Shown piece by piece: positions 32,248-43,098 of a stretch of DNA of 57,326 nt. The position numbers and the translations under genes were made by a program. Source of the DNA: an uncultured delta proteobacterium (GTDB lineage Bacteria; Desulfobacterota; Binatia; UBA9968); assembly GCA_963847445.1 (NCBI GenBank), contig CAWJZV010000020.1:1-57326 (forward strand), in the 5' to 3' direction. The notes under the pieces were generated by a model. It was not told the origin of the DNA. It did no database searches and was given only the letters and a program-made list of their open reading frames with translations. Each line of letters opens with the position of its first letter. Position 1 is the first letter of the stretch.

Positions 32248-32910
32248 ATGGCAAACATCGATGCCGAGGGGAAAAACCCGTCGACACGGGTGTTGTTGGC
32301 TGACGACCATCTAGTCGTTCGCAGCGGATTGAAGAGCCTGCTGGTTGCCGAAGGCTTCGAAATCGTCGCCGAGGCATCCAATGGCCAGGAGGCCGTTGAG
32401 ATGGTGAATAGGCTTGGCCCCGACGTCGCGGTACTCGACATCACCATGCCACTGCTCAACGGCATCGACGCCGCCCGGCAAATCTGCGCGGCGAGTCCGC
32501 GAACCAAACTAATACTTCTGACTCAGCATAAGGAGGAACAATACGCGCTCGAAGCGCTGCGCTCAGGGGTCAAAGGCTATGTACTGAAGAGCCAAGCCAC
32601 CGCCGACTTGGTGCAAGCGATCCGAACAACTTTGTTAGGCGATATTTACCTGAGCCCGGGCATCTCCGAAAGCGTGGTCAACGCTGCGCTAGCCAAAGGC
32701 ATCGGGAAAGCCGATCCCTTGACGCAACGGGAACGACAAATCTTACAACTCATCGCCGAAGGCAAGAGCAACAAAGAATGCGCGCAGCAGCTTGACCTGA
32801 GCGTCAAAACCGTGGAGTCCCATCGCTCCAACCTGATGAAAAAACTCGATGTCCACGAGACTGCAGGACTGGTCCGTCACGCCATTAGAATCGGTTTAAT
32901 TGAACCGTGA
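32248..32910 (+). CDS. NarL/LuxR family DNA-binding response regulator
   Basis: VLLADDH, LDITMP, LTQRERQILQLIAEGKSNKE..LSVKTVESHR. Confidence 0.93.
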   Translation: MANIDAEGKNPSTRVLLADDHLVVRSGLKSLLVAEGFEIVAEASNGQEAVEMVNRLGPDVAVLDITMPLLNGIDAARQICAASPRTKLILLTQHKEEQYALEALRSGVKGYVLKSQATADLVQAIRTTLLGDIYLSPGISESVVNAALAKGIGKADPLTQRERQILQLIAEGKSNKECAQQLDLSVKTVESHRSNLMKKLDVHETAGLVRHAIRIGLIEP

Positions 32911-33049
32911 TATACGGCGGCTGCGAAAGCTGAACAGTCGGGACTCCGCAGTCGAACATAGTCCCTTAACCGAGAAATCTCACTTGTCCAATCGATTTTG
33001 TCTGATTGAAGAAAACTGATCAGGGCGGCGCGGAATCGGTCGAGGAACT

Positions 33050-33585
33050 CTATCCTCTGCCCTTGTGACTGAAGTCGGTCAACCGAGCACTGATCGTTTC
33101 GCTCAGATGTTCTACGGAAATCTTAGCGGGAAGCGGTTCGAGTGAGACACCGAGGCCGGTCAAGTTTTGGTTGAGCGGTATCGAGGTCGGCGTAGCGATT
33201 CTGATATTCCTCCAGACCCGCGAGGCACTGCAAGACGCTCCGATCTATTTGGCCCAGACAGTCGCGCAAAGCCGCCATTTTCTCATCAGACTGTCCGCGC
33301 AATTGGTCGACTTGGTTTTGCACGACCAGCTGCACGGCGGGACGCACACGTTGCTCGATTTGCGTCTGCATCTCTTGCAGCGCTTGCAACAAGCGGCGGT
33401 AATGCGCGTCGACTACCGTTGCTGCGGCGTCTAGCGAGTCGTTGGGAGCTGACTGCAAAGTCGACGAAGATGGTGGGTCGCCGTCGAAGCGAACCGAGCG
33501 TGGAGTGAATGCTGGTGATCTTCTCCAGCATCCCGCCGCGTTCGTCCAAAAAACTTTGCAGTTGCTTGATTGGATCTTGGTCCAT
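33050..33585 (-). CDS. Hypothetical coiled-coil protein (two frameshifts)
   Basis: ORFs 33286-33585 and 33123-33458 plus a third frame ending ...TDFSHKGRG* at 33050 join into a ~180-aa helical protein downstream of the HTH gene. Confidence 0.5.
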
Positions 33586-33612
33586 CGAGCAAATTTGAGC
33601 TATCGGACGAAG

Positions 33613-33831
33613 TTATTTGTCGTTTGCAGCGATTTTCATGTCGCCATCGCCCGAGTCGGCAAGGTTCATCGATTTGGTCGACACCAATTCCAACACATCA
33701 CCACGGCTGAAGCGCCAGCTGCGGCCAATGCGGTTACCAGGGATGACGCCCTTTTCGGCGAGCTTGTAGACCGTCTTTAGATGAATCTTAAGCAGCGCAG
33801 CGACTTCCGACGGTGTCATAATTTCTTCCAT
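33613..33831 (-). CDS. Excisionase/BldC-like (HTH_17) DNA-binding protein
   Basis: IMTPSEVAALLKIHLKTVYKLAEKGVIPGNRIGRSWRF, with AAGGAG RBS. Confidence 0.9.
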   Translation of the reverse strand: MEEIMTPSEVAALLKIHLKTVYKLAEKGVIPGNRIGRSWRFSRGDVLELVSTKSMNLADSGDGDMKIAANDK

Positions 33832-33895
33832 CGCTATTTACTCCTTTTTCCTTGTCGAAATACCTTATGGACTTCCTGTTACGGGTCTGGCATCA

Positions 33896-33910
33896 GCACG
33901 AATTATGCCA
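33896..33910 (-). promoter_or_regulatory. sigma54 -24/-12 promoter
   Basis: TGGCATAATTCGTGC upstream of the HTH_17 gene. Confidence 0.7.
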
Positions 33911-34185
33911 ATTGCCATTTGACCCTGCTAACGACGGATAAAGCCTGATATTTCCAAAGAATTCCCCAGCGCGGCGGCAGTCACCAGGGGTCACGAGGGA
34001 TCGGTAATCATGGACAATATTGCTCAATCAATGCGCTTTTCGCCCAACTCGAGGCGTCGTTTGCCGCAACAAAAAGCCAGAATTGACAATTAGCGGGAAT
34101 CACCGAAAGATTGCCGCGTAAAGAGTCAGTCACGCGGATATTTAGTGGCACGAAGTGGACGTCACTGAAGCACTGAATCGCTGGA

Positions 34186-35680
34186 TCAATCGCCGCGATA
34201 ACGCGCCTGAGTATGGCGGGCCTGGACTTGGGCCAGCTGGTTCTGCCATTTGGATGAATAAAGATTGCGGGTTTCGTCAGTGATCGCACTGGTGGCGGGA
34301 AATTTATCGCGCCACTCCCAGGGCCGGACCGCCTCGATGATCATGCGCGAGTTGAAACCCTTTTGCCCCGGTTGAATGATTGGATCGAGGGGACCGCTCC
34401 AACAGCGCCGCAACAGATCCACCGAGGTCGCCGGATCGGATGCGGGTGCAGATCGCCCACAGCACTTCGTCGGTGTTGGTGATATCGATGTCGTCGTCGA
34501 CGACGACGACATAACGGCCCAGGTAAGCGCCGGCATGGCACTGGCTGGCGACCAATGCGGCTTGCTTGGCGTGACCGGGATAACGCTGGGTGATGGCGAC
34601 GACGATCATGAAGCGCTGCGCCGGCGGCGGCAGATAGACGCCCTTGATATCCGGCACTCCGGCTTGCTCCATGCCGTTCCACACCGTCGCCGCGCGCAGG
34701 CAAGAACGGTACATGCCGTGAATCGTCGGTTTGAACGGCGCCGCGCCGGTGATGATCGGATCGTTGCGATAGTACAGCGCCTTGACCCGGACGAACGGTT
34801 CGGCGCGCCGGGCGCTGGCATAATATCCCGGCCATTCGCCGAAGGGACCTTCCTGCATCGATTCGCCGGGCACGATCTCACCTTCGATGACGATCTCGGA
34901 GTTAGCTGGGAAGCGTAAACCGGTGACCGGCCCTTCAATCACCTCCACCGGCTGGCCGATCAGTCCACCGGCCCAATCATATTCGCTGACGCCGAAGGGC
35001 ACCGCCTGCGAGGCTGCGATGTAGAGCAAAGGATGCTGGCCGAAGGCCATCACCACCGGGAAAGTTTTGCCGGCCTTCATCGCCTTCTCGTAGTGAATCT
35101 TGCCATGCTTGCCGGGCGAAATGTACAAGCCCGACCTTGTCTTTGTCCTGGAGCATGACCCGGTAGCAGCCGATATTTTCGACGCCGGTTTCGGGATCGC
35201 GGGTCACCACCAGATGAGCCGTGCCGAGATAGCGTCCACCGTCACCGGCGTGCCAGCGCGGCACGGGAAACTTGGTCAGATCGATTTGATCGCCATGGGC
35301 GATATTTTCGAACACCGGGCCGGTCTTCACCACGTTGGCCGGAATCGGCTGCATGGCGCGCAAGCGCGCGCGCAGGGCATCGATCAATGGAATGATCTTC
35401 AGATCTAGCGGCAGGTTGAGCGTCAGCGCGGTGCGCTCCAAAGTCTCCAGCATGTTGACCAACACCCGGCGGTTCGGTTCCGAACCGGGGACATTGTCAA
35501 AAGTCACCGCCGGCGGCGTGGCGATGCGCTCGAGAATGATCTCGGTCAGCGCGCCCAGCTCTAAATCCCAATGGGCGCCGGAGATGGTTTCCAACTGCTC
35601 AAGCCGTTTGACCTCTTTGAGCCAATCGCGCAGGTCGATATTGCCGTTCGCATTGATATTGATCGCGGCGCCGTGGACAT
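34186..35680 (-). CDS. UbiD family (prFMN-dependent) decarboxylase, frameshifted
   Basis: DLRDW.., DGGRYLGT, NIGCYR, EGPFGEWPGYY, YVVVVDDDID, WAICTR, spread over ORFs 34977-35594, 34304-35128 and 34186-34536. Confidence 0.85.
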
Positions 35681-35711
35681 GGGAACTCCTTTTAGGTCGG
35701 ATTCGATGAAA

Positions 35712-36724
35712 TTACTCGCTCAGCTTGAGCGTACTCGGATGGAAAATCTCTTCGATCGCGATAGCTGCGGCCCGATATCCCCTGCGCATGGCAGTAGGCG
35801 AAGAACTTCTCGAGCACATGACGGTTCGCCTCCAGACCATAAGCCCAGGGATCGCAATTGAAATATTTCGTTGCTCGTCGCTGAGATACTGATTGGGCCA
35901 GGCTTCGACCAAGACTCGGGATCGCCCGGCGCCAGCGCTGCGCCCAACGTTTGGCGTCAACGTAAAGGCGAAACAGCTGCGCCGGCAAATCGGGATGCCG
36001 ATCGATCAATTGCTTCTGCACCGCCAGCACATGCATGATCGGCAGAGATCTTGCTGCTGCGGAAATAACTGGCTTCGACTTCCCGGGGATTCTCGAAGAG
36101 CCTTCTCACATTGTGGTTTGCCAGCAGCGTCGGCAACTGCGATTCGGTAACGCCCAAAGCATCGACTTGGCCGTCGAACAAAGCCAGGCAAGCGCGCTCG
36201 GAAGTATTCTTGCCGCGGTTTTCGATCATGCGGATCGCCGAACCATCACGCGGCACCACGGTCGCATCAGGGTCGTGGTCGTCCCAATGATGCATCGAGG
36301 CGACATGCCACTCGGAATGTGTCGCCGAAACGCCGTATTCGATCGACCAGCATGCCGCGCATCCAGATCGCCGCAGTCTGCACCCAACGGAGAAAGCCGA
36401 TCTTGCGACCGCTCAGATGCGACGGCTGGGTTATCCCTGAATCTTTGCGGCAAAAAATGAAACCATGACGAAACATCCGCGACGGGAAACACCGGGATCG
36501 CGACGAAGCTCGGCTTTGCCGCGCGAGGTGTAAGAAATCAATTCGCCAAGGGACATTTCCGAAACATCGTACAGACCTTTGTACATGCCGGCGAACATGC
36601 CAGGCACGTCCTCGGTCTCGGTGATGTCGAATACAAATCCAGGAATCCTCATCTGGCCGCGCAGGATCGGCAAGATACCGTCGTAAGCGCGGCTAGCGAG
36701 GCGAATCTTTAAGGTTTCAGCCAT
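35712..36724 (-). CDS. 4,5-dihydroxyphthalate decarboxylase-like protein (periplasmic-binding fold), multiply frameshifted
   Basis: YDVSEMSLGE, MFRHGFIF, QTAAIWMRGML, VRRLFENPREVEASYF, MHVLAV, DPWAYGLEANR, FHPST, in successive frames. Confidence 0.7.
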
Positions 36725-36758
36725 GAAAGTGAACGTTGCGAAAGAATGTGAGAAGACT

Positions 36759-37759
36759 CTAATTGCCAGCTTCTTCCCGATACAGCTGCAGCGCTTCCAT
36801 TACCGGCCGGTCGTTCATCGAGAACAAGATTGCCTCGTCACCGCCGAGATTCTCATGGGCGTGCCATTGCCAGAGCGGTACGACGAAAGAGTCGCCCTTT
36901 TTCCATTCAAGAAACCCTTCTCCGACTTTGGTGCGTCCCTGCCCTTTGAAAACATGGTAGAGCGCCGTACTGGTGTGTCGATGGGCCTGAGTCGCTTCTT
37001 TGGCTTTAAAGAGCTGAATCTCGCACGACATGGTCGGATACGTGTAGCCGCCGGTAGCCGGGTTGATGTAGCGCAGCAACGTGCCGTCATAGGCGATCGC
37101 GATCAGCAGCGCCCATCGCTTTGAGCGCCTTGTAGGTATCCTTAAACGTAAAGCGAAAAGGCACACCACGCCGAGAAGCTCTCTTCCTGCTTGGGCGTGC
37201 GGGCAAATCCCAAGCGGGCAAGCGACTCACCGGTCTGCCGAGTAATCTCCTGTTCCGGTTTTTCCGAATCTTCGAAGAACAAAACATTGAGAGATTGAAT
37301 CAGCGGGCCGTCCAAGCCATCGAGCCAGATGATCGGATCCTCCGACTCGTTATGGTGGTCATGCCAAGTCCAGTTGGGCGTGAGAATCAGATCGCCCTCT
37401 TCCATATAGAACTTCTCACCGTTAACCGCCGTATAGGCACCCTTGCCTTGGACGACAAAACGAATCGCCGCCATGTTATGGCGGTGCGCCTTGGCGACTT
37501 CGCCGGGATTGACGATGGAAAACGTGATCTGCAAAGTATGCGAAGTCGACTTGATCGGCAGGTGCGGGCTGACCAGGCGAATCGCCCGGCGCTCGGCCTG
37601 ATCGATGCCGATGGTCTCGCTCGCCTTGAGCAAGCCATCGAGAAGCGGCTCCCACTTCCACAGATAGGGCGCCTCGGCAGCATGCGACGGTACGCGGGTG
37701 CGCCAGAAACCGGAGAGTTGATTTTTTTCCAGCTGGCTATCGAGTTCTTCGAGCTTCAT
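36759..37759 (-). CDS. Gentisate 1,2-dioxygenase-like bicupin (frameshifted)
   Basis: PYLWKW, AERRAI, AHRHNMAAIRF, LTPNWTWHDH, WLDGLD, YINPATGG, HRHTS, VVPLWQWHAH. Confidence 0.85.
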
Positions 37760-37772
37760 CGCCACTGCCAAC

Positions 37773-38480
37773 TCAGTTGGCTTTCTCCATCGCTTGGGCC
37801 ATGCCGCCGAAGTAGGCACGATGAATATCCATGGACTCCTTGGCGGTCTTGAGTACGTCCTGTTCTCGTCCCGGCACGACATATTTTTCCAAAACATCGA
37901 TGAACATGTCGGAATGTTTCACGTCGGCTTTGCTATGCGCCGTGAAGTTCGGCATTTGCGCATCGGACAAATTTAGATCGCGCTTCCAGTTCTTATAGAG
38001 CCGGGTGCAATTGCCGCCGCCCAGATCGCCGAGCAAACGATCGTCGTTGGTCCATTCCGCGATGGTCGAAGCCGCCACCGACTCCTGCCAACTGCGAGTG
38101 CGCGCGATCCACCACCAGGCATAGACCGACGCCGTGGTTGTCGGTAGCGGCTCGGCGGCAAGAATATCGTCGATGCTCAGGCCAACTTCCTTGCCTTGAC
38201 GGAAGATCAGATCCAAGTGGCCATGCTTGGAGTGTTCGTCTTCGATCAACTCTTCGTATTCATGGGACATGATGCGCTGCTTGACGTCGAACTCCGGACA
38301 GTTCGCCGCCACCTGTGGCCAGAAATCGCGCCGTTTGCGGACGTAGAGACTCAGTTGCAAAAGATAAATCTGCGCGCGCTTCTCGGACAGCTTCACCGAG
38401 TAGAATTGTTCCATCTCCGGCGAGCGAAACAAATCGCGCACACACTCGCCCAATTGCTGGCGCCATTCTTGTGGATTCAT
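37773..38480 (-). CDS. Heme-oxygenase-like diiron redox enzyme (CADD/PqqC-like)
   Basis: HEYEEL...HGHL, AEW and FTAHSKADVKHS give an E/H/E/HxxxDxxH ligand pattern. GGAGG RBS before ATG 38480. Confidence 0.75.
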   Translation of the reverse strand: MNPQEWRQQLGECVRDLFRSPEMEQFYSVKLSEKRAQIYLLQLSLYVRKRRDFWPQVAANCPEFDVKQRIMSHEYEELIEDEHSKHGHLDLIFRQGKEVGLSIDDILAAEPLPTTTASVYAWWWIARTRSWQESVAASTIAEWTNDDRLLGDLGGGNCTRLYKNWKRDLNLSDAQMPNFTAHSKADVKHSDMFIDVLEKYVVPGREQDVLKTAKESMDIHRAYFGGMAQAMEKAN

Positions 38481-38731
38481 GATAATTCCTCCTATCCGCT
38501 CGCTACTCGAGTCAGCCATTGGCCCGACTGCCCGGGTTCGACGCGGAGTCCTTAAGTGCAATGGGATTGCGCTACTTTTGTAGACCTAACTGATCGGCCA
38601 AAGGGTTGTCAAGATAGCGCGGCACAAACGTACTAGAAAATTCTTCCGTTGCACGAAGGATTGGCAACCGTGCAAGGCCCGCCAGTGAAGCTCAACAGCA
38701 CCGAGCGGCGCCGCTGGAATGTGCCGTATGG

Positions 38732-39124
38732 CTACTGCACGTCGGTGGGCATGCTGGGAATCGGAATATAGCGCAGGAGAATTCTTTGTAGCTCGTCAAA
38801 TGAGATCGGCTTGTTGACGACCTCATGGGCGCCGCATTGCAGCGCCGCATCGCGGTACTTCTCACCCATCCACGCCGTGCAGATAACAATCGGCGTGTTT
38901 TTCGTCACGGCGCTGCCTCGCAAGCAAGAGATCGCCTCCATGCCGTTCATGTTGGGCATGCCGATGTCCATGAATATCAGATCGGGTATTTCGCTCAACG
39001 CTTTTTGCACGCCCAATTCGCCGTCATCCGCCTGCAAGACTTCGCAGCCCAAATGCCGCACCATCATCGCGAACAGCTCGCGGCAGTCGGTGTTATCTTC
39101 GATGACTAAAACTCGGTATGCCAT
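38732..39124 (-). CDS. Single-domain response regulator (DivK/CheY-like)
   Basis: VLVIEDN, FMDIGMP, CTA, KP. Start reset to MAYRVL. Confidence 0.88.
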   Translation of the reverse strand: MAYRVLVIEDNTDCRELFAMMVRHLGCEVLQADDGELGVQKALSEIPDLIFMDIGMPNMNGMEAISCLRGSAVTKNTPIVICTAWMGEKYRDAALQCGAHEVVNKPISFDELQRILLRYIPIPSMPTDVQ

Positions 39125-39150
39125 GTACGAAGCTCCAGAACGGGTATAGA

Positions 39151-39165
39151 GCAGGTCCCATGCCA
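39151..39165 (-). promoter_or_regulatory. sigma54 -24/-12 promoter
   Basis: TGGCATGGGACCTGC. Confidence 0.65.
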
Positions 39166-39510
39166 ATATTTTATTGTCTATGTCGGTAGTTTTGGCGAGT
39201 TTGGCTGACAAACTTGCAGTCGTTGGCGCGGCAAGAAACAAACTGAAAGATTTGAGATTACAAAATTGGACACAATTGGCAATCGATCTACCATGGTTAC
39301 AGCTTGTCAATCCTCGATCCTTTCGGCTCCTGAGCCGAGCTTTAACCATCGCTCCAACGTTGCGTCTCTTCCTAGCTCCGTAAAATTTACCGGTACCGAG
39401 CGTTTTCTACTTTCCCCATGGAACCTTGCGACCGGCGAAACTCACCGCTAAACGTCTGCGGATGGCGTCCACGCGGGAGGAACTGCCTTTAAGCCGAAGA
39501 ATCTCCGAGC

Positions 39511-39525
39511 CGGCACCCTTCGTGC
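39511..39525 (+). promoter_or_regulatory. sigma54 -24/-12 promoter
   Basis: CGGCACCCTTCGTGC, 14 nt before the ATG at 39540. Confidence 0.55.
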
Positions 39526-39539
39526 TCTAGCTATCAACC

Positions 39540-39929
39540 ATGCAGATCACCAACAAGAAAGTTTTAATCGTCGACGGTAACGACGCCTTTCGCGCATCCC
39601 TCGGGAGCTTTATCAAAGGTTTGGGACATCAGGTCTTCGAAGGCGCCACGGGCCAGGAGGCCCTCGACAAGGCTTCCAGCATCCATCCGGATTTGATCAT
39701 GATGGACGTGCGCTTGCCGGGAATAAACGGTGACGAGGTCACCGCCCGACTAAAGTCGCATCGGGCCACTCGCAACATCCCTGTCGTGATCAACACCGGC
39801 TGGACTACCGCCTGTAATATCGAAGACCGCATCGACCGCGCCCGCAACGCCGGCGCGGTCGAGATTCTCTACAAACCGCTGCAATTTCCCATGCTACGCG
39901 ATGTATTGCGTACCTATTTGATGGTCTAG
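39540..39929 (+). CDS. Single-domain response regulator (DivK-like)
   Basis: VLIVDGND, MMDVRLP, NTG, KP. Confidence 0.88.
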   Translation: MQITNKKVLIVDGNDAFRASLGSFIKGLGHQVFEGATGQEALDKASSIHPDLIMMDVRLPGINGDEVTARLKSHRATRNIPVVINTGWTTACNIEDRIDRARNAGAVEILYKPLQFPMLRDVLRTYLMV

Positions 39930-40335
39930 AGCGACAGAGCTTGCTAGAGGGAACCAGGGACTAAACGCCATAACTTTGACGCTCCCCGCGTCGGCCGGTC
40001 ACGCGCAGGTCATAGCCGGCTGCGTCCGAATTAATTCTCCGGTCTTTTGAGTCTTCCTTACCCCAAGCACAGTTTCGATTCCTGTCGAATGCACGACGCG
40101 CCGAAAATTCAGATCCCCTGTCAAATCCGGCGCTGAAACTTTGGCGCTTCAGAAACATCACTTGAGAATTGCCACCGAAATCAGGTCCATCTAAAGTGTT
40201 TTAGTGTCAATACATCGTGCTCATGGAAAGTCTCGCGGTCAACATTGAGCTCAGGCAGCGAGGTTCGAGGCCATCGCTTAGCGGTAGGCCGACTGGTTCC
40301 TTGAAAACACCGCTGCAGAAGCTTAGTAAGAAACG

Positions 40336-43075
40336 GTGGCATCTGTTCGTCCTCATTTTGTGCCGATCCCAACCCAGGATGCGCCGGAGTCCGGCCGGTT
40401 GATCTTGCGCGACGGCACGACGGCTTCAATTCGCGTTGCCCATTCGAACGACGAAGCGGCGATGACCCAGTTCTTTGCTTCACTGTCGAACGAATCGCGA
40501 CGGCATCGGTTCTTTTCGCAGGCGGTTCCAGATGGCAAATTGGTCAGCTCCTTTTGCGACGCCAGCGATCCGCGTAAGCGGCTGACTCTAATCGTCACAC
40601 AACTAACCGGAGGCGTGGAGAGAGTCATCGCCGTTGGCACTTACATGGCTAGGGACGCCACTGCAGCAGAGATCGGCCTGGCGGTCGCCGACGCTTGCCA
40701 AGGCAAGGGCATCGGCACGCTGATGCTCGAGCGTTTAGCGCTCATCGCCGCCGCCAACGGCATTCGCCATTTTTGGGCGATGACGATGTTCGAAAACCAA
40801 CAGATGCTCGACGTGTTTCGCGAGTCAGGTTTTGATTGCCGGACTAAAACCGACCGGGGCGTTGTCGAAATCGATCTGTCTCTGGTTCCGAGCGCGGCAA
40901 GTGTCGCGCACGCCGAATTGTGCGACCGGGTTGCCACCGCGGCTTCCCTGCGGCCGTTCTTCCATCCCAACGCCGTCGCAATCGTCGGCGCCTCGCGCAA
41001 TCCGGCCAACATCGGCACGAGACTTCTGCAAGCGGCCATCGATGCCGGCTTTCAAGGGACACTTTATCCGATCAATCCAAAGACCGCGGCCATCGGTTCG
41101 CTGCGCGCCTATCCGTCGGTGCGCGATCTCCCGGAAGCGCCGGATCTCACGGTGATTGTCGTGCCGCGCGATGCAGTCTTGGAAGTCGTCGACGACTGCG
41201 CCGCGCGCGGCGTGCGAGCTGTCGTCGTCATCACCGCGGGATTTGCCGAGATCGGCGCTGAGGGGCGGGAACTGCAACGCCAGCTCGTCGATAAAGTGCG
41301 CGGCCACGGCATGCGCATGGTCGGACCGAATTGTCTCGGTCTGTTGAATACCGACCCGGCGGTGCGGTTGAACGCTTCGTTCGCGCCCGACTTTCCACCG
41401 CCCGGGCGCATCGCTTTCTCATCTCAAAGCGGCGCGCTTGGGCTGGCGATCATTTCGCTGGCGCGTCAGCGCGGACTCGGCTTGTCGAAGTTTGTTAGCG
41501 TCGGCAACAAAGCGGATGTCTCGGGCAACGACCTGCTGCAATACTGGGAGCAAGATGGGCAAACCGATGTCATCCTTCTCTATCTAGAATCCTTCGGCAA
41601 TCCCAGACGCTTTGCCCGCATCGCCAGCCGTGTCAGCCGGCACAAACCGATCGTTGCTGTCAAAGCGGGGCGAACCGGCGCGGGCAAACGGGCCGCCAGC
41701 TCGCACACCGCAGCCTTGGCCGCCAGCGATGTCGCGGTCGACGCGCTGTTTCATCAGACGGGCGTGATCCGCGCGGAATCTCTGGACGAAATGTTCGATC
41801 TCGCCGCGGCGTTGAGCGCGCAACCGCTGCCCAATGGCCGCCGCGTCGCGCATGCTCACCAACGCCGGCGGCTTGGGCATCCTGTGCGCCGACACCTGCG
41901 AAGCCAACGGTCTGCTAGTTCAAGAGCTGAGCGAAGCAACCAAAAATCATCTCAAGGAATTTTTGCCGGCGGCGGCGAGCGTGATGAATCCCATCGACAT
42001 GATCGCGTCGGCTAGCGCCGAAAATTTCTGCCACGGCGACAGAGATTTTACTTTGCGATAATCAAGTGGATTCGCTGATCGTTCTGACCATCCACGTCGG
42101 CCTCGCCGACATCTCAGCGATCGCCCGTGGCATAGCTGGCGGTGTTGCTGCCGCGCGCGCCCAGGGCGGTGCCGGGAAACCGGTGCTCACCTGCATCATG
42201 GATGGCGACAAGCTGAGCGCTGCCAGCGCATTGAATGGCGAGCGCTTGCCCAATTACGCCTTTCCGGAAAACGCCGCCCGTGTGCTCGGCAAACTGGCAA
42301 ACTATGCCGACTGGCGCAAACAGCCACAGGGAATGATTCCCGAATTCGACGATATTCAACCACAGGCCGCCCGCGCGCTTTGCCAGTCCATTGTACAAGG
42401 AACGCGGTACGGGTTGGCTTGACGCCGAAGAGGTTCGCCAAGTCCTCAAAGACTTTTCTCTGCCGGTGTCGCCGCAGCGCAATCGGCCGTAGCGCTGACG
42501 CCGCCGCGCAAGCCGCGCGCGACATCGGCTTTCCAGTGGCGCTCAAACTGGCGTCGCGCCAGATCGTCCACAAAACCGAGTTCGGCGGGGTACAATTGAA
42601 TCTGCAAGATGAAATAGCGGTCCGCGCCGCCTTTGCGACCATTCACGAACGGCTCGCCGATGCGAATCGACTCGATGCCTTCGACGGCGTGCTGGTGCAA
42701 CCGATGATCGGCGGCGGTGTCGAGCTTATGGTTGGAATTACCCAAGACCCGTCCTTCGGACCCTTAATCGCCTTCGGCCTGGGCGGAATTCATGTGGAGA
42801 TTTTGCAGGACGTTTGCTTCCGCGTCACACCGATCACCGATCGCGATGCCAAGGAGATGGTCCGCGCCATTCACGGCTCTCGCTTGCTCGAAGGCTACCG
42901 CGGCCATCCGCCGGCAGACATCACGGCCATCGAGGATCTTTTGCTGCGCGTCGCCCGCCTCGTTGAAGAAATACCCGAGATCACGGAATTAGATTTGAAC
43001 CCGGTCATCGCCCTGCCGCCCGGCCAAGGCTGTTGCATCGTCGACGCGCGCATCCGCGTTTCGTCATTCGAGTAG
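40336..43075 (+). CDS. GNAT + NDP-forming acyl-CoA synthetase fusion (Pat-type protein acetyltransferase with N-terminal GNAT), frameshifted
   Basis: GNAT QGKGIG, CoA-binding AIVGASR, GPNCLG, SQSGA, YLESF, ASSHT, LTNAGG, ATP-grasp HKTEFGGV and LDLNPV, across ORFs 40336-42015, 41834-42061, 42066-42422 and 42380-43075. Confidence 0.85.
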
Positions 43076-43098
43076 GAGCGCCCCGGCGGTCGCCCTAC
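43072..43098. repeat. GTAG-type REP-like palindrome spanning two convergent stop codons
   Basis: GTAGGAGCG-CCCCGGCGGT-CGCCCTAC contains the TAG of the GNAT fusion (43073-43075) and the minus-strand TAG of the USP gene (43095-43097). Confidence 0.55.

Noticed and set aside
33613-33831. Prophage or ICE inferred from the excisionase-like gene
   Set aside because: No integrase, tRNA, att repeats or phage genes seen.
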